Below, piece by piece: positions 60,835-64,000 of a stretch of 64,000 nucleotides of DNA. The notes under the pieces are model-generated. The model saw only the letters and a list, made by a program, of their open reading frames with translations, was not told the DNA's origin and did not search any database. The translations under genes and the position numbers were made by a program. Every line of letters starts with the position of its first letter. Position 1 is the first letter of the stretch. Origin of the DNA: Asterionella formosa (lineage: Eukaryota); the NCBI GenBank assembly GCA_002256025.1, contig NKIB01012322.1:1-64000 (forward strand), in the 5' to 3' direction.

Positions 60835-63800
60835 CGACTGCAAATAAAAACTATCATCTTTCCATGATGCATCATAGGATTGTGATCATCTGATCATAAG
60901 TTCTCGTTATATCATCTAATAATTTTGATAAATGCCCTTGTAATTTGAATTGTAACCCTTTTGACTATGTATATTTGATCATTATATGTATTGTTTCTAT
61001 TAGATTCCTGTATTTGAATTTCTTGGTAGGATAATGTACCAGCTAAAGTAATTTAATTTGGCTCGTCATTTCCATCCGTCATCACTCTGATTTTTGCGAC
61101 AACAACGAAATACTAGTGATGACAAGTGGAATGATTGTTTCCGATAATGTCTTCAATTGTTGGTCAAGTGATCAATATATCTTTGAGTAATCCTCATGTG
61201 CAGTGAGCCTATGTTCATAATCATTAAATTAAGAGTTTACAGAGAAGAAATCATTCGAACTCGGAATGGTTCTGCACACAGCACATATAGTAAATCCGTT
61301 TCGTCAACCACCAGCATTACAATCTCACAAATCAACTTGTAAACAAACACATTCTACTTGTTCTTGTTAACATTTTCAATTCTCAAATGATACTACATCT
61401 ACTATTGAGATTCAGCATAAAAGGAGATACAAAAATGTAAACAGACTGCTATCCACATAGTTATAGTTATAGAATGATTCTGATTACAATTTCTTTTTCA
61501 TGTCGCTCGTTTCTGCATTTGGCATGCTGTACTTGTATTTTCTATTGAATTTTTCCGCATCTTTGATACCATCAAGAGAGCGACAGCAAGTGGCTCTCTT
61601 CATTGTTGTTTGCTCATGGAAAACCCGCCCGGTATCGGTATCATCAACAATAGAGGGACGAATGTCCTTCATCATTATCATTGTAGTTTGCCGTAGGAAA
61701 TATTTGATATCTGTATTGTCATTGGCTTGTTGGAACTGTCCGTTGCCTCAAATCTGCTTAGCATGTGCATACACACACTGTCGACTTGTTTTCATTGGTA
61801 TGTTATTCTTGTATTCACTGTTGAACTTGTCCGCATCTTTGTTACCAACAATAGAGCGACAAGTGGGTCTCTTCATTGTTGTTGCTCCTGGAAAAGTCGG
61901 TGTCCGTGTCATCCTCATCAATAGAGGGACAAGTGTCCTTCATCATTGCGGTTTGCCGCTGGAAAAATTGGTACCCGTGGTATCGTCATTTGCTCGTTGG
62001 AACCACTGTCCGTTGCCTCAAACCTGATTAACATGTGTGTACGTGTTTTCGTGCACTGTCAACTTGTGTACATTACAGGAGTGACTTAGCTACTAAAGTG
62101 CGTGTTATAATATCATACTCTGTAGTACGATGCAGAATACTACAGTTCCCGATCATCTCATCATGATTGATAAGATGATAATGTGATATCATGATAGGTT
62201 TACATCGATGCATACATCACCAAAGTATGATATGTAATATTGAATAAAGTATATCACATAACTATGATACATTGATCATAGAACTGTGATGATTTCTTAA
62301 AATGTTTATGATATAATTTTGATCAAAATATGATCATGTTAAAATAATACAATGACAATAAAATACGATAAAATATGTACGCAAGTGTTATTGATACATC
62401 ACAGAAAATAAATGAATAAATCATAATTATATTACTTAATATATAAATTCGACTTTTAATGTATACAGTAAAAGCCAACATTTAATATGATAGTATTATT
62501 TGGTGGAAAGGATCTAAGTATACAGATGCGTTGAAATGTACATCACCATAATATGATTTGTGATATGGATTGATGCATATCACAAACCGGTATCCTCAAA
62601 AACCAGCCATCACATTCATTGTCGTGTTTTTCCTTGTTATAGCTATATATTTCTGCATATGTATTGTGTAAACACTACGCTGGCGGATCATGCATATTAC
62701 CACAATGTAATCTAAACGTGCCTTGTTGGTACGTTCAATGGTCTGATTCATCGGAAGTAGTGCATCAGAACCATTCCATATGAAATCGGCAAGCTCTGGG
62801 TCACTCTCCACTTCTTTGCCTAACTCCGGTTTCACTGTGTATAGCTGAGTTAGGCAGGTCAACATTGGGCAAACCAATCCTGTTTGTGATTGGAAATGCC
62901 TTTCATACCACTTGGACCAGATAGGCAGGGCGGGATGTTTGATTCTCTTTTGGGACCAGAAAAAAGCACATTAGATTGATTTTTTGTTTTACAGTACCTG
63001 TAATTCACGAACTATAACCTCAAACTTACATCATGTTCACAGCAAAACTTCTTGGTCTTGATAATAAAACTCACAACCTTTGTGACGATTGAGGATCGGA
63101 TCAATTTTAGCTAAGCGGGAACGACGTTCTGATAAGGCTGCTGAAATTGAAGATTCTTGATGACCTCGTATGGACAAGCGAGTTTTGAAACGAATTACGA
63201 CCTTTGTAGTGATTGAGTTCATTGATCAATTGATAATATCCTTTGGCAAGTGCAAAATGTTTTTCCCTCATGTACTTGTTGGTCCGGTACCATGTCGTCC
63301 ATCTGCATCCGGGAGTTATTAATGGCATCATCGACAGGAGCCTTTTATCTTGTATCAACAACTGAAAAAGAAACGTCATCATCGGTTTCAGTGTCAAATA
63401 GGTGATCCTGTGTAGCTGATGGTATCCCCATCAACTATGGGGTAGCACCCCCACTAACTACCTATCGCCTATTTGGTTCCTTTGGATAATCGCCTATTCG
63501 CTTTTTCTTTGTTGAATCATTTTGGTACTTGCTTCTGTGTTCCATACCGGCAGTATTTGCCACATGTCTCTTGTTTCCATGAACCTCTTTATGATTTTTT
63601 GAAGACATTGTACTACTAAATAACTGTTGTCGTTGTCTTGCTTAAGTTCGATGATCTTAAAATCAGGTGATGCTAACTACAATGAAATGAATCATCAGCC
63701 ACCACTACATTTAATATTTTACGCTATCTAGATATGATACCATAAAACCAACAGTGCTATTTACATTATCATATACAAAATCAGAACCGACTTTGAGTAA

Positions 63801-64000
63801 TAGCATATCTTGTTTTCAATTATACAATAATACAATCCTAAAAATATGATGATTTACTGTCCCGCTGCAGTAGCAGCAGTCATGAACATATGGTGTTCTG
63901 TTGCTTGCTTACTACTCCAACTACTCTCTTTCAATTTTACGATCGTACAATCCTAAAACTATGATGATGTACTGTCCCGCTGCAGTAGCAACAGTCATGA
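60835..64000 (-). mobile_element. third Plavaka-like family member, inverted, probably running off the window
   Basis: Begins CGACTGCAAATAAAAACTATC. 60835-62705 is the reverse complement of ~47830-49572 at high identity; the sequence beyond differs. Confidence 0.85.
63831..64000 (+). repeat. direct repeat, 115-bp period
   Basis: TACAATCCTAAAA-TATGATGAT-TACTGTCCCGCTGCAGTAGCA-CAGTCATGA at 63831 and 63946. Confidence 0.85.

Noticed and set aside
1..64000. tRNA, rRNA or snRNA genes
   Set aside because: No cloverleaf or conserved RNA signature recognised by eye; tRNAscan-SE and Rfam would be needed to exclude them.

Overview
Eukaryotic nuclear DNA, most likely from a diatom or other stramenopile. 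This is inferred from short GT-AG introns, an ASAFAP-like plastid-targeting signal and diatom-type copia, Mutator and pogo remnants. Nine apparently intact host genes lie among decayed transposons: XPB/ERCC3, a SAC3/GANP (LENG8/THP3-like) protein, a Pro/Thr-rich type II membrane protein, an MDR-family oxidoreductase, a NYN + metallophosphoesterase + RuvC-like fusion, a polysaccharide pyruvyl transferase, a hypothetical protein, importin alpha and a TMTC-like O-mannosyltransferase. Four observations stand out. (1) A probably plastid-targeted protein fuses two nuclease folds around a phosphoesterase. (2) A strand-specific ~197-nt rod-like hairpin carries mirror-spaced CGAG/CGAG tandem G-A motifs. 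(3) A Plavaka/CMC-like DNA transposon (YGTCTG...CAGACR ends, 2-bp TSDs) interrupts a copia integrase and is itself interrupted by a sister element with different cargo; a third copy lies at the window end. (4) Dense TACCWGGTA clusters near gene 5' ends match the excision footprints expected from the TA|CCWG-ended pogo/MITE families in the same window. All calls come from reading motifs by eye; no database searches were run.
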